Shown: piece by piece, positions 31,787 through 43,600 of the stretch
Position numbering within the stretch: the stretch's first letter is position 1
Layout of the letters: the number at the start of each line of letters is the position of its first letter
NCBI GenBank assembly: GCA_009859145.1
Contig: VRVR01000005.1
Coordinates: 153,448-217,447, forward strand
Origin: Andalucia godoyi And28
Lineage: Eukaryota > Protista > Jakobida
DNA length: 64,000 nt
Direction of reading: 5' to 3'
Program-made: the position numbers and the translations under genes
Notes under the pieces: model-generated
What the model saw: the letters and a program-made list of their open reading frames with translations, nothing else
What the model was told of the DNA's origin: nothing
Databases searched by the model: none

Positions 31787-32374
31787 ATGAGTGTGGATCG
31801 ATCATATGATGGGACAGAGATTGTTGTTCGAGCTCCAGAAGATGCACTTCGCCAGACAGGACCGGTTCGCAAGTTCCAATGTCCGCTTTCTGCAAACACC
31901 TACGGAATCGAGTTTCTGTCGTTCCGAATTCGTGATCCAGACCACGACACTGTTCTTTTTGAAGTTGCTGCGGATCCGGATGACTCGGTCGGACCGTTGC
32001 TGGAAGTTCCAGAGGGAATGGATGAAGAATCGGTGCGTTCTGTGCGGTATGAGTTTCCAGCACGGGTACTTCGGCTCAAGGCAATTGGGACTGCGCTTAC
32101 TTTTCGAGTCGGAATGGAGCCCGTCCCCTCATTTCGCATCATTGAGCGACACTATTTCAGAAACTCGTTGCTCAAGTCGTTTGATTTTCAGTTTGGTTTT
32201 TGCATCCCGGGATCCACGAATTCTTTTGAACAACTCTACGTTCTGCCTTCCATGAACCAAAATGTGATGCAGGACATGATTAGCCATCCATGGGAAACCC
32301 AATCAGACACTTTCTACTTCGTCGACGGCAAGCTCGTCATGCACAACAAGGCATTCTACTCGTACCGTGAGTAG
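31787..32374 (+). CDS. UNC119: UNC119 myristoyl-binding ciliary cargo adaptor
   Basis: CPLSANTYGIEFLSFRIRD, FRIIERHYFRNSLLKSFDFQFGFCIPGSTN and ETQSDTFYFVDGKLVMHNKA motifs. Confidence 0.95.
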   Translation: MSVDRSYDGTEIVVRAPEDALRQTGPVRKFQCPLSANTYGIEFLSFRIRDPDHDTVLFEVAADPDDSVGPLLEVPEGMDEESVRSVRYEFPARVLRLKAIGTALTFRVGMEPVPSFRIIERHYFRNSLLKSFDFQFGFCIPGSTNSFEQLYVLPSMNQNVMQDMISHPWETQSDTFYFVDGKLVMHNKAFYSYRE

Positions 32375-32656
32375 AAGGTCCTCGTGATTTATGGTTGTTT
32401 GATCATCTTATTGTTATTGTTATTCGTATTTATAGCCCGTCTTGATGATTGTGCTGCTTGTGGTGATGGTGAAGGATAATGGACGAGATAGTTGTATTGA
32501 TCAGTCGAATAAGAAGAGGAGCGATGAATGCTTCACGTGAAAATGGAAAGAATGAAAAGAGTTATTGTCAGGAAGAGATGTAATTTCACAGTTTGTTCTG
32601 TACAATATTAATAGACATTCAGAAAAAACAAGAGAAGGAAAACACAGATACTTCGA

Positions 32657-33802
32657 TTACGGGAGGCACGCCAAGCTGGAGATCGAGAATCGACAGTGAA
32701 GAAAGATTCGACGGTCGACCGCGGTTTGACCATCGTCTGTCAGAGACATTCCAAATCGAGTGACGATTGGAGACTTGATCTGTGTGTACGTAGTTCTCCC
32801 GGACTCCGTAAGAGAGTCAACATCATCCAGCATGACCATATACCACTGACCATCTTTCCACCCGTCTATCAACGTTACGCTTCGTAGAACGGAAAACGAA
32901 ACCGAGCCCACTCGAACTGTAGGTGTCGGCGCACCGGACAAACGTATTCTACTACTACCCGTGGAGCCCATACCCCTTGTCTGAGACATTGTCTGGAGCA
33001 CAGAATCCGTTTTCTCAACAGAGAATGGCGAATGACTGGAGCTGAGATCTGCAGGCAGATCTGACGCTACAATGACGCACAACTGCGGATTGAACTTCCA
33101 AGGATAATCTGCACTGCCAGGCACCTTCCATATGCGCATCACATATCCCACATCCTCTGCAAAAAATGGCGCAACGAGAGGATCCAGCAGCGAGGAAACA
33201 TTAGTTATCGAAAGTTGCAATGAGCCATGAAAAACATTTCCTTGGATCTGCGATTGTGCGTATGGGATCCCAGAGACGTTCACAGTCACGGCGTAAGGAG
33301 AAACAGTCGACGATGGCAGAACCCGAGTGGAGTGGACGACAGAGAAAATCGCAAGAAGACCAGCGTGAACAACCAGAAGAACGACAACCAAAAAGCAAAC
33401 TCGGAAGAAGCGTGCATAGTCGAGCGATGAAGCAGGAATCAGCAGTAGCGGCATTGCAACTATGAGCGTCAAAGAGAGAAAAACCAGACTTACAGTGAGA
33501 AAAGAGATGTTGTCCATTCCGCCGTTTGGATCGAGCGACGGGCAAAAAGTCAGGGTGCAGTAACGGGGCCCCGGGAGATAGATCGTCCGTATCAGAACAA
33601 GAACTGTCAATGTGATGGAGGCGGCCGTAACAAACACTGGGTAAGCCGGCCGGAGAAACCACTGCTTAATCCTGCGATGCACGCCCGACTCTTCCGAGGA
33701 CGTGGAGTTTGACGAGCCTGAACGCTCGGCAATTGTCCGGCTGCTGCTTGGATCCGCCGCTGGTGAAGCGATGACCACAGTCGAACGCTGACGGATCTCC
33801 AT
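32657..33802 (-). CDS. Hypothetical membrane protein, three N-terminal TM helices + ~230-aa beta-rich C-terminal domain
   Basis: 381-aa ORF from ATG at 33802 with three hydrophobic segments; no recognised family. Confidence 0.7.
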   Translation of the reverse strand: MEIRQRSTVVIASPAADPSSSRTIAERSGSSNSTSSEESGVHRRIKQWFLRPAYPVFVTAASITLTVLVLIRTIYLPGPRYCTLTFCPSLDPNGGMDNISFLTVSLVFLSLTLIVAMPLLLIPASSLDYARFFRVCFLVVVLLVVHAGLLAIFSVVHSTRVLPSSTVSPYAVTVNVSGIPYAQSQIQGNVFHGSLQLSITNVSSLLDPLVAPFFAEDVGYVMRIWKVPGSADYPWKFNPQLCVIVASDLPADLSSSHSPFSVEKTDSVLQTMSQTRGMGSTGSSRIRLSGAPTPTVRVGSVSFSVLRSVTLIDGWKDGQWYMVMLDDVDSLTESGRTTYTQIKSPIVTRFGMSLTDDGQTAVDRRIFLHCRFSISSLACLP

Positions 33803-34050
33803 GAATGTGGTGGATTACGAACAGAAATGAACAATCATACTCGGCAGAAGTCCTCGGTGCTGGTTGAGTTTTGACATTTCCTCCATTCGGCTGTCGACAG
33901 CTGCCAAACGGCGTAAAAAAGTCCGGCAAGAATTTCAATCGAAAGTCAGCACTCACTCTTTGCTTTCCTCTTCCAAGTCTCTGACACAACACCGCATTTT
34001 TTTGGACGTAACCAAACAAAAGAGAAGGAGAGAGAGAGAGAGAGCAGACA

Positions 34051-34341
34051 ATGTCTTCCGCATCCCACAAGCGTCAGGTGTTATCCATGTATCACCAGCT
34101 GCTTCGAAGCGCACTTTCTTTTCCCAGTATCAAGAAGAAGCAACTTTATGCAAGCATCCAAACAGAATTTCATAGAAACCGCAACGAGCTCAATGCAAAT
34201 CGGATTGCCGAGCAAGTTGCGGTTGCCAAGGATGGTCTGCAAAAGCTTAGGATGTACACACCCATGAAGGCTGCTGCGTCGCAAAATGCTTGGACCCTGG
34301 ATCTTGCACAAGGCTCTGGTATCGCACACTCGCTTCAGTAG
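34051..34341 (+). CDS. LYR-motif (Complex1_LYR) mitochondrial protein
   Basis: VLSMYHQLLRSALSFP...IQTEFHRNR...I pattern of LYRM proteins; 96 aa. Confidence 0.8.
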   Translation: MSSASHKRQVLSMYHQLLRSALSFPSIKKKQLYASIQTEFHRNRNELNANRIAEQVAVAKDGLQKLRMYTPMKAAASQNAWTLDLAQGSGIAHSLQ

Positions 34342-34636
34342 CTTCGGTTTTGTTTTGTTTCGGTCTACTGTACAGAAAATGGAAAAGTAACAATAATAAG
34401 AAAATCAAAAAACACAATGACATGAAAGCGGGAATTGGAAGTGGCCCCACGTGGAAGAGAAGGAGACTTTGTTTTTTTATTTAATTCTAACGGGACGTGG
34501 ACGATAAAGCAAAAAACGAAATAAACACGATAAGAACAGTTCAAAAGTTGTTAACGGTAAAAACATCAGAAACAGACACAAGAAAACACCACTTGCAATG
34601 CATTTTTTAAAATTTAGAGACGGTGTTACTGTCGCC

Positions 34637-37600
34637 TTACTCTGGTTGCGTGAGAAGAGCGGTTCCACGAAGGACGAAAAAGTCAGCAGACCTGTCTTGA
34701 ATCGGCAGATCGACTACAAGCACGAAGTTTGTCGAGTGTCCCGTCGTGGACAACGTTCCAGCACGGACTGAGGTTTTGTAGAGCGGGCAAGCATACGATC
34801 CGGCTGGAGACTCGTAGTTTTGCACCGGGCAAAAGTGAATGATCGGCATTCGAGTGATGTTCTCGCCTGGAAGCGCGTCCTCCAGAGAACCCGACATGGG
34901 ATCCCACCGCCCACCGTCAACAAACAAGCCGTATACAAGAACACCGTCTTGTGGAGCCTTCATGGCATGGTGGTTTGTCTCGTTGAAGATCACAAACTTG
35001 AAACCAAGAGAATCGATCGGCAGCTTGTACTTTCGAGCATGAGATTGCAGCACTCCGGTCAAGAAACCTTGCGGGAAGAATAAACCTGACATCCAAAACG
35101 CATTTGGCTGTCCTCGAACAAGCCAATTGCGGACGAACTCGACACGAGCAACGAGATCCTTAACCCATGCGGCCAGACCTTTGAGTGACGGGTACGCCAC
35201 ACTCGCCCACATCTTCGGGACCTGGTTGTTCAGCAACGACTGAACCACCATATCAAGTTCAGCAGACAATACAACAAGACCCTTCAATGCCTTCTTGAGT
35301 TCTTCCAGGGACGACTTCACGACGCGCAACAACTTGTTAAAGCGAACCATCTCATGCGACAACACAGTCGACAATGAATCCATAACACCAGAGCGCAAAA
35401 CTTCAAATACACCAGCTGCCGCCTCATCTTCCGAAAGAAGAGCAGGAAGTTGAGAAAGCACATCAGTCGCAATGTCATCCACGACCTCCTCGGAAGTCTT
35501 TCCAGAGCCCGACACACTTGCAGCTCGCGGCTGAAGCAGCAACACCGTGCTCAACATTCTGCTTGACTCTTGTTGCTGGAAGACAATGTTCGCATTTTCG
35601 TGCATGCCAAAGACTTGCGGATCATCAGCAAAAGGAAGTTGTTCCACATAGGAGACATAATCCGTCAGCAAGCCAGTCTGTGGAGCGTAGTATACACCAG
35701 AAGGTGAGAAGTGGTACGATTCAGAGAGAATGCCGTTGTTGAAAAAGAACTTCAGAATGGAATTCAAACAACGACGATCCCAATTATCGGTGACACGACC
35801 ACCATAGTTGACTTCGCCAATGATGTACCGCAGAGATTCCCAAGGGATGTTGGGCTGCTCAGACAAGAACATCTTCAGCCAGGACTGCGAAACTTCCAAG
35901 TCCGAAGAGTTGAATTCATAGCGAATGTTCCAGCCAAGCGGACCGAACTTGCGACGTTCTTGGATTAGAGCATGGAAGAAGCACAATCCGAACAACAGCT
36001 TCTTGAAGGCAAACTCCCGCGTGCACTGGTTCTCTGGGAAATCGCTGGAGCTCGACGCAAAACTTTCGATATACTCGGGAGAGATTTCGCCGTAGGATCG
36101 CAGCAAATTCGCACGCAAACCTTTCGGAGGCTCCGTGGTCAGCTTCACACCATTCTGCAACACGGGGATCGGGAATTGATTGGACGGCATAGAAGTTAAC
36201 CAAAGACGGAACTCGGGATGCAAATCCGCGCCTGGTTGTTCAAACTCACCAATAACTCTTTCAAGATCTGGCATGAAGGACACACCAAGATGGCAGTTCT
36301 GGAGGACCACCCAATCACCGGATCGTCTCCCTTGTTGAATCAATTTCATGGCATTCGGACCTTGTCCCTGACCAAGAGAAATAATATGAGTTCTTTCTCC
36401 GTAGTTCATTTTCTCCTTTGCAAACCGTAAAAGAGTGGATGTCGGGTCTGCCCCTGGACTGAGAATGAAAATAATTGGCGTCGCTGGAGCAGAATCCGCA
36501 AGAGCACGAGACAGGTCAAATGGCGGCGATTCAATAAAAGACTTTCCGAGCTCTTCAAGAACGAAGCGGGACACTGCAAAGAAGAACTTCTCTTCTCGGA
36601 AAGCCTTTGTGAGCAGCAAACGCTGGAAATGGTTCAAAATTTGCTCTCTGGCAGCAGGGAATGCCGCGTTGTGCGGTTCGGGATCCAAATACCAAGTTTT
36701 CCAGCCATTCAAATCTGCTGCCACCTCCTGAAGAAGACCCTTGAAGCTTGCAACATGCTGATCAAGAGCGACCAAGGAATTCCAGATATCCTCAGATATC
36801 CAAGACGGGTCGACGTTCGGAGGACGCTTTGGATCGGTTGCGACAGCCGATGCAAGTGAAGAACCACGAGTCATAAAGTTCCATTCATCTGTCGGAATGG
36901 ATCCGTTTTCTCGTTTGATCTGACAACAAATCAGGAACGAAAAGATTGTCTTGTCCTTTTCAAACAATCCACGGCACACATTGTTGTAAACAGTCGATGT
37001 GATGCCGTCTTGCAGAATACGCAGACGCGTGGGCAAGTGCGTGGATTTTTCCTGTTCAGCAGTGTCGATAACCAGGATAAACAGCTTCTTGAAATAATCG
37101 AGAGAATACTGGTACATGGGGTCGATCATGGACAAGTCTGCCATGACAAAATACAAGATAGATCCTCGGGTGGCAAGAGGACGGTACTCCTCTCGAGACG
37201 CATTGATCTGGATCTCCATTTCTTCAGACTCCGCAACACGCTCCGCAATCACACCAGAAGTCACCTTTGAGTCGTTCAGCGTATTGATGAGAGCTTCATT
37301 GTCCAAAAGTTCTCCTTCCGACTCATTCAACATTTTCAGAATCTTGTCCTCAATATCCTTCAGTTGTTTCTTGTCTGCAGCCATGGAGGTGATCAATCGA
37401 TCCTTCTTTTCTTCCAAGTCTGGTCGTTCCTTACGAACTGCTTCTGCAAGTAACTGGTCTTCCAATCCTTTGCGAGTAACGGTGAAATTAATCAATGTCA
37501 CCTTGATGCAAACTTCAGGAAGATAATGAGGATTCTGCAACTTCGTCGTCATGTAGAAACGGAAATTCGGATCATAGTCCACATCAGAATCGCCGAGACG

Positions 37601-40600
37601 AATGAGGAGTCGCTGACCTTGCTTGAATACCTGCTTCATCAGCAGCGGTTCAAGAGCTGGATCCAATTCCTCTCCGACATCTTCCATGAGTACTGGCTGA
37701 CCGATTCGGACAGCATTTTCAAGAGTGCGAAGTGCATTAGCAGCTTCGGTACGCTTGATGACTTTCAGACCGTTCTTGGCTTCCATATTACGGATCCAGC
37801 GATTGGCTTGACCCTGCGGATCAATCATCAGCGGCCACCGACGTGTCCTGGCAACCAAGATACCGTTTTCAATCGACAGATTGTCCGTTGGAAGACCCCA
37901 GATTGCCCATTCTCTCACTGTTACAGGGTTTGACAGAGTTCCCACAAGAGAAAAATCGTCAGCGATATCAATACCCTTGGCCCCGCACGCATCCGTCCAC
38001 TGATCAACAAGCATCTTGCGGTACTGCGCCGTGAACGGTCCTGAATATGCCACAGACGCAGCGGACAAGAAAATCGAACCAGGAAGACCAATGATGGCCT
38101 TGTCAAGATGCTGAACGGAATTGCTCCATCGCTCCTGCTCAGAAGCAAGTGCAGACGTCAACTTGCCCGCACGCGCCAATCGCTTCTCAGAAAGGTCCAA
38201 TTTCATCTCAAGATCGGCCTTTTCTTTCATCGAAGTTTGATACAAGCGCTGCAATTCCTTCAACTCACTCTCAACTTTGTTCAGCGCACCTCTCTTTTCT
38301 GCAAGTTGCGCCTGCATAACTTCAAGTTTCGACTTCGCTTCATTCAACGCTTGTCGCTTGGGCTCCACATTCTTTGCAACTCTGTTGTACAAATCAATTG
38401 CGATAATCCACATGCACAGGGACTTCGCAGCCAAAGATTGCTTTCCGACTGTCTCAGGTTCAAATTCGGGGTCCTTGATGAATTTTTGCAACTTCTTGAC
38501 GACAGCATCAGGAATGTTGTCCTTGTCGAACTCCTTGCATTCCTTCAAAAACTGTGCATTTCCGAGAACGACCTTCGCAGTGTCCCAGTCCGTTTTCTTC
38601 TCATTTCTGAGCGTGCACACAGCTTCCATGACAGTAACAACCAATTTTGGAGGCTGCTTGTACGCCTTCATCTCTGTGATGTCATTCTTGTTCAGAGAAT
38701 CAAGTGCTTTCAGAGATTTCTCAAGGGCGGGGAGAGCTTCGTCCAAGTCCTTCTGCGCATCAGCAGCAATCGCCTCCGCCTCAGCTGTCTTTTCGTTAAC
38801 AATGGCTTCTTCGGCAGCAATCTGCTTTCTCTGAACATTTGCGCGCTCCGTATCCTCCGAAACTTTGATGAGAAGCTTCGCAGTTTCTTCGGTTTTTTGA
38901 ATCAGAATCGGCTGCAAGGCCTCCAAATCTTGTCGCATCACAGCAACGAGCTCATTGCTTTCACGTAACTTCGTCAGACCATTCTTCAGGCGGTCACGGG
39001 CCTGACTGAGTTCCTCGCGCTTTTCGTCAAGCATGCTGCGGTACAATTTGATGAACTCCAAATACGAAGTAGGTGTGACATAGAATCGTCGACGCAGCTC
39101 CTGATAAAATCGGTGCGCCATGCGTGACACAGAAGAATGAATCTCCACGCACATAGACGCAAATGCACCGCGCATGTTATCCCCACCAACTTCCATTTCT
39201 TCGAGGTCTCGTCGTGCTACGGAGAACAAGGCTTCCGCTGGCCATTCGTCAAACCAGTCGATAGAGCAACAGTTCACGAGCGACGGGAACTTGCGGATTC
39301 TGGTTCGGAAGGCATCTCCGACAGGAGACATACACAATACAATGTGCAAGTTCTCACGGACACGCGATATGAAGAATGAGTAAACAGCATCTCTGCCCTC
39401 GCCAGCTCCTGCATCACGCGCAGCCGCTCGAGTATCATTGATAATCTTCTCCTTCTCGTCTGCTGGGAAAAGGTTTGGCACTTCGCCGGAGTTAAGAATG
39501 TTGTTAACATCTTCCAAGAAGGATTCTTCCACTATCTGATTGTCCGAAAGGAGAAATACAACAGGCTTTCCTTCGACACCAGCAATCGAGTACAGTTTCT
39601 TCAAATCCTCGCGGAACTCATTTAGCCCGTAGTTTCGGGCAAGCTCAATCTGCACACATTTGAAATCATTCATCGCAGCGGCCAGTCGAGTTAAAGACTG
39701 CTTTCCAGATCCACTGACACCGACTAAAACGGCATTTCCTCGTTCTTGACGGACAATGCGAGCAATGCGAGTAACGTGCGAAATGGCATCCGCGAAAAAC
39801 ACAAGATTCATCTGCTTCGAAGTGTTCATGTTGAAGTCATCAAGATAGTCTTCCAGAACTTTCGACAGACGCTTCAGATCCGAAATCAATTCGTACATAC
39901 GCTCCTCTCGGGGCACACCCATCTTCATAAAATCACCAAAAATCAAAGGTTTTTCCGCATTGAAGACTTCCGTCTCCTCTATCGTTTGCCCGAGATGCCT
40001 CTTCACCAGCTCCAACGTCAGATCCTTGAAATACGTCCTGTCAGTGCTGTCGATCAATCGGTCATGGAAGCATCTCGTACTCTCATGAATCCACAAACGA
40101 CAAAACGAAGGAACATCGTTCACAGAGCGAGGGGTCACCTGCATAATACCCTGGAAGACCTTGGAGAGATCTCGCAAGTTGAAAGTATAATGGGATCGTG
40201 CAGGAGTCGGTCGAAGATCCAGACTGATTCGAGAATACATTTCAATCGATGCATTAACGGTTCCTTTGCACAAATTCTTGACGTCTGCGGAGAAGTTGTC
40301 CAGGAATCCACCAAGAATCGAAACGAAAATCTTTTTCATGGAATCCACAGCCAAATCGGGAATACACAGTAAATGGAAAAATCGCAACAGACGAGGGGTT
40401 GTTGGGTTTCTTCCGCCTCCTGGAGGTCCGCACGCAGACACGAGAGTAACATCCTGGACGTACTTCCAGAACAACTTCTTGGCATCCCAGAAACCACCAC
40501 CACCGATCATTTGCCGCAGTAACTCAATGGGAGGCTGCGCGCCATATGTTTCTAACATAGGCATGTTAAGGTCATCAACAAACAACACAACTTTCTTACC

Positions 40601-43600
40601 AGGTGCAGCGCCGATAACATTCTTCCTCTTTTTCTCCAGCTTCGTCTCGATCATTTCTTGGGTTCGTCCAGCAGACGTCTGTGCTGAAAACTGGATGGAG
40701 ACCAAATCAACGCCGAGATTGGAGGCCTCTCTTGTCAAGCAGTCAGTGACAATCACGGATTTTCCTACTCCAGTGTTTCCGTTGAACAGAACTGGTTTAC
40801 CAGACTGCACCAACGTCTTCAGCAGAAAAGAATATCGGACAGTATCCATCGTGGGAACGAGAATTTTGAAGAACGGAGCGCCCGGAATGTACTTGAAGTC
40901 TGGAACAATAGAGTTCCACGTCTTGAAAGAGCCATCCGTACATTCCACGAAGTAATCGTACACAGAGCCAGCACCTGGAATACTGGCAAAACCTTCGAAC
41001 AGCTGCCTTGCAAATTGATCAAACGCTTCTTGAGACGACGTTGACAGATTACCTCCTATGGACCAGACATAAGAAAATACGAACAGCAAGTCAAGGGTCT
41101 TCTTTGTCTTGCCAGATTGGTCCTTCCAATCAAGTTTGTTCGATGATATCAAAGCCTTCAACAAATCACAACAAGACTGCACAAGATTGATCGCAACAGC
41201 CGGAACGTCCATTCGAGCTGATTTGCGGACAAACTTCAGGCCTTCTGCAACATACTTGTGGAAAGCGGTGTCAAGATGATCGCGCAGTTCTGCCGGGATT
41301 TCTTCAGGAAGCTGAGTCCTCAACCATGTGTGGACAACTACGTCCCAAGGGAGATCAGAAGGATCAATGTACACCATACCGCAGCGCGACACGGTCGCCG
41401 GAGATGCAACTGACAAATCTTGAACTTCAAACAACAGCGCAACCGTGTTCGTAAGCTTGATGCGGTCGCCGTTGTCTAAACACAGAAGCTTCGAATCATC
41501 CAGGACAGAATTCATACTTTCAATCCACAACGTGTCCACAGGGCCATCGAAAACAATCCATTTCTTGTCCAGAGACGAATCAGCCACCACTTCATGGGCA
41601 ATATGAGGAACGATACCATCGGTCCATTCCATGGTAGTTAAATTGAACGCACCGTACAATTCTGCATACGAGATGCTCTTCGGATTCAATTCGTGCGTGT
41701 GCACAACTTGGAATGCATCATTCTTGCTCTTCTTATCTTGTCGGAGGGAAGTCAGAGCTGAAGCAAGGACGGACCGGCAAGTGGTTTTTCCACCTCCGGT
41801 GGGCCCGACAAGCATCACACCATGTCGAACATTAAGCGTTTCGTACAGCTGGATGATCTTCGTGATACCTTTGGGAACACAAACATAAGAGCGATTGCGA
41901 AGCTGCTCCTCAATCGAACGTTGCAACTCGCCGTAATCATGTTCTGGAATGTTGATGCCGGGAAAGAGATCTTGGACAATGGCCTGGAAAAGCGGAACAT
42001 CATCCGCCAAAAACTTTGGAATGTTGGAATCTCTCATCGCACGGATGAGAAGCAGATCTTCATTGATTCCAGCATTAGCTCGTTTCAAACCGCCGGCCAT
42101 GACCAGCACAGACTTCACGGCTCGCATGCCGAAGTCATAGTGATCTTGCGACGAAAGCTGTTCGGAGGACAGCTTGTACAGCTGCGTCATCTTTCGAGAA
42201 AGCGATTTTGCGTTCTCAAAACCTTCAGAAAACAGAACCACTTCCGCAATCATTCTGTAGTCAGGAATCATGCAAGCAACAGGACGGAAAAGAACTTTCA
42301 GATTGTCGGGAAGTTCGGTTCGACCCGCATATCCAGGGTTCATGGTAATGAAAACACCCATTGTCTTTCTGATGCGCATTTCTTTGCCATCAAAGACACA
42401 CACTTCAGAATCTGCAAGCATCGCAGAGCGAATTGTGAGCAACTGCGAGGCAACAACGGAAAGAACTTCGATGTTGATTCGGTTAAACTCGTCGAAACAG
42501 ATCCACGCGCCGGTTTGCAAGAGCCCTGCGAAAAACTTTGCCATCATCTGGAATGTCACACCTTCGGAGCAATTGAAGACAACACACTGACGTCCAAGGG
42601 ACTTCGCAAGATCCTTGGTAGTCTCCGTTTTTCCTGTTCCTGCAGGACCGGCTGGCGCACCGCCTAACTTCAAGTGGAGAGCACCAGTCAGAGTCATATA
42701 GATGCGGTCCGTCAGCGGAGTAATAACCAGACGGGGCTGGCAACCAAGATATTCGTATCCATACCTGAAGTTGGAGTTGGTCTGTCGAACAAACAAATCG
42801 TCCTCATCGGCATCCCAGTAATACCGCAGCTGCTTGATCCATCCAAAGTCTGTCACTCTGCCAACGTTGTTCTCGACCATTTCATCAACAATATCTCGGG
42901 CATGAACATCAATGACAATCAATGCCGACAACATTCCACGTTGGAGAGCGGTCAGATTCGTTCGCGTCAGGGCAGCACTTCGCGCAAGTGCCAGTATGTT
43001 CTCCTGCAAGAACTTCTTCAATTCCTCACGCGAGTTTGTTGCTTCCAGACACTGAGTCGCTCGGCGGCACCAAAACACTTGAGAAATGTTTAAAATGATC
43101 ATTGCGGCATGCTCCATCATCCACTGTTCTCTGGACCTCGATTCATACTCCAGTACAGACGTCTTGTGCAGTTTTCGAAGTTCAACCAACATAGCTTTCT
43201 CAACAGCGCCCAGCCAATCTTCGACTTTGTTTCTGGCTTTCAGATTCTTACCTAAACTGACGACTTCGCCTTCGGACGACACCATTGCAAGAATATCAAC
43301 ACTGTTCGCGCCAAAGTCGAGTCTTTTGATGTTGTCGAAACACTTACTCATGTGCGGTTGAACAGCCAGCGGGTTTGCAGTTTGAGAAATAATTTCGATG
43401 AGATCGTCATTTGACAAGAAGTAAAATCTTGGAAATCGCATGCGCTTTTCCTCCAAATAGTCTTCCAGACTCTTTTGGATCTTATCCAACATGACATTGT
43501 AATTCTGAAGCTTATCCAGCAATCCATTCGCGGTCAAAGCTCGATGAACGCTGGGGTTGTCGTTTGTGCGGCGCATCAGATCCTTGAACGCCTTGTCAAC

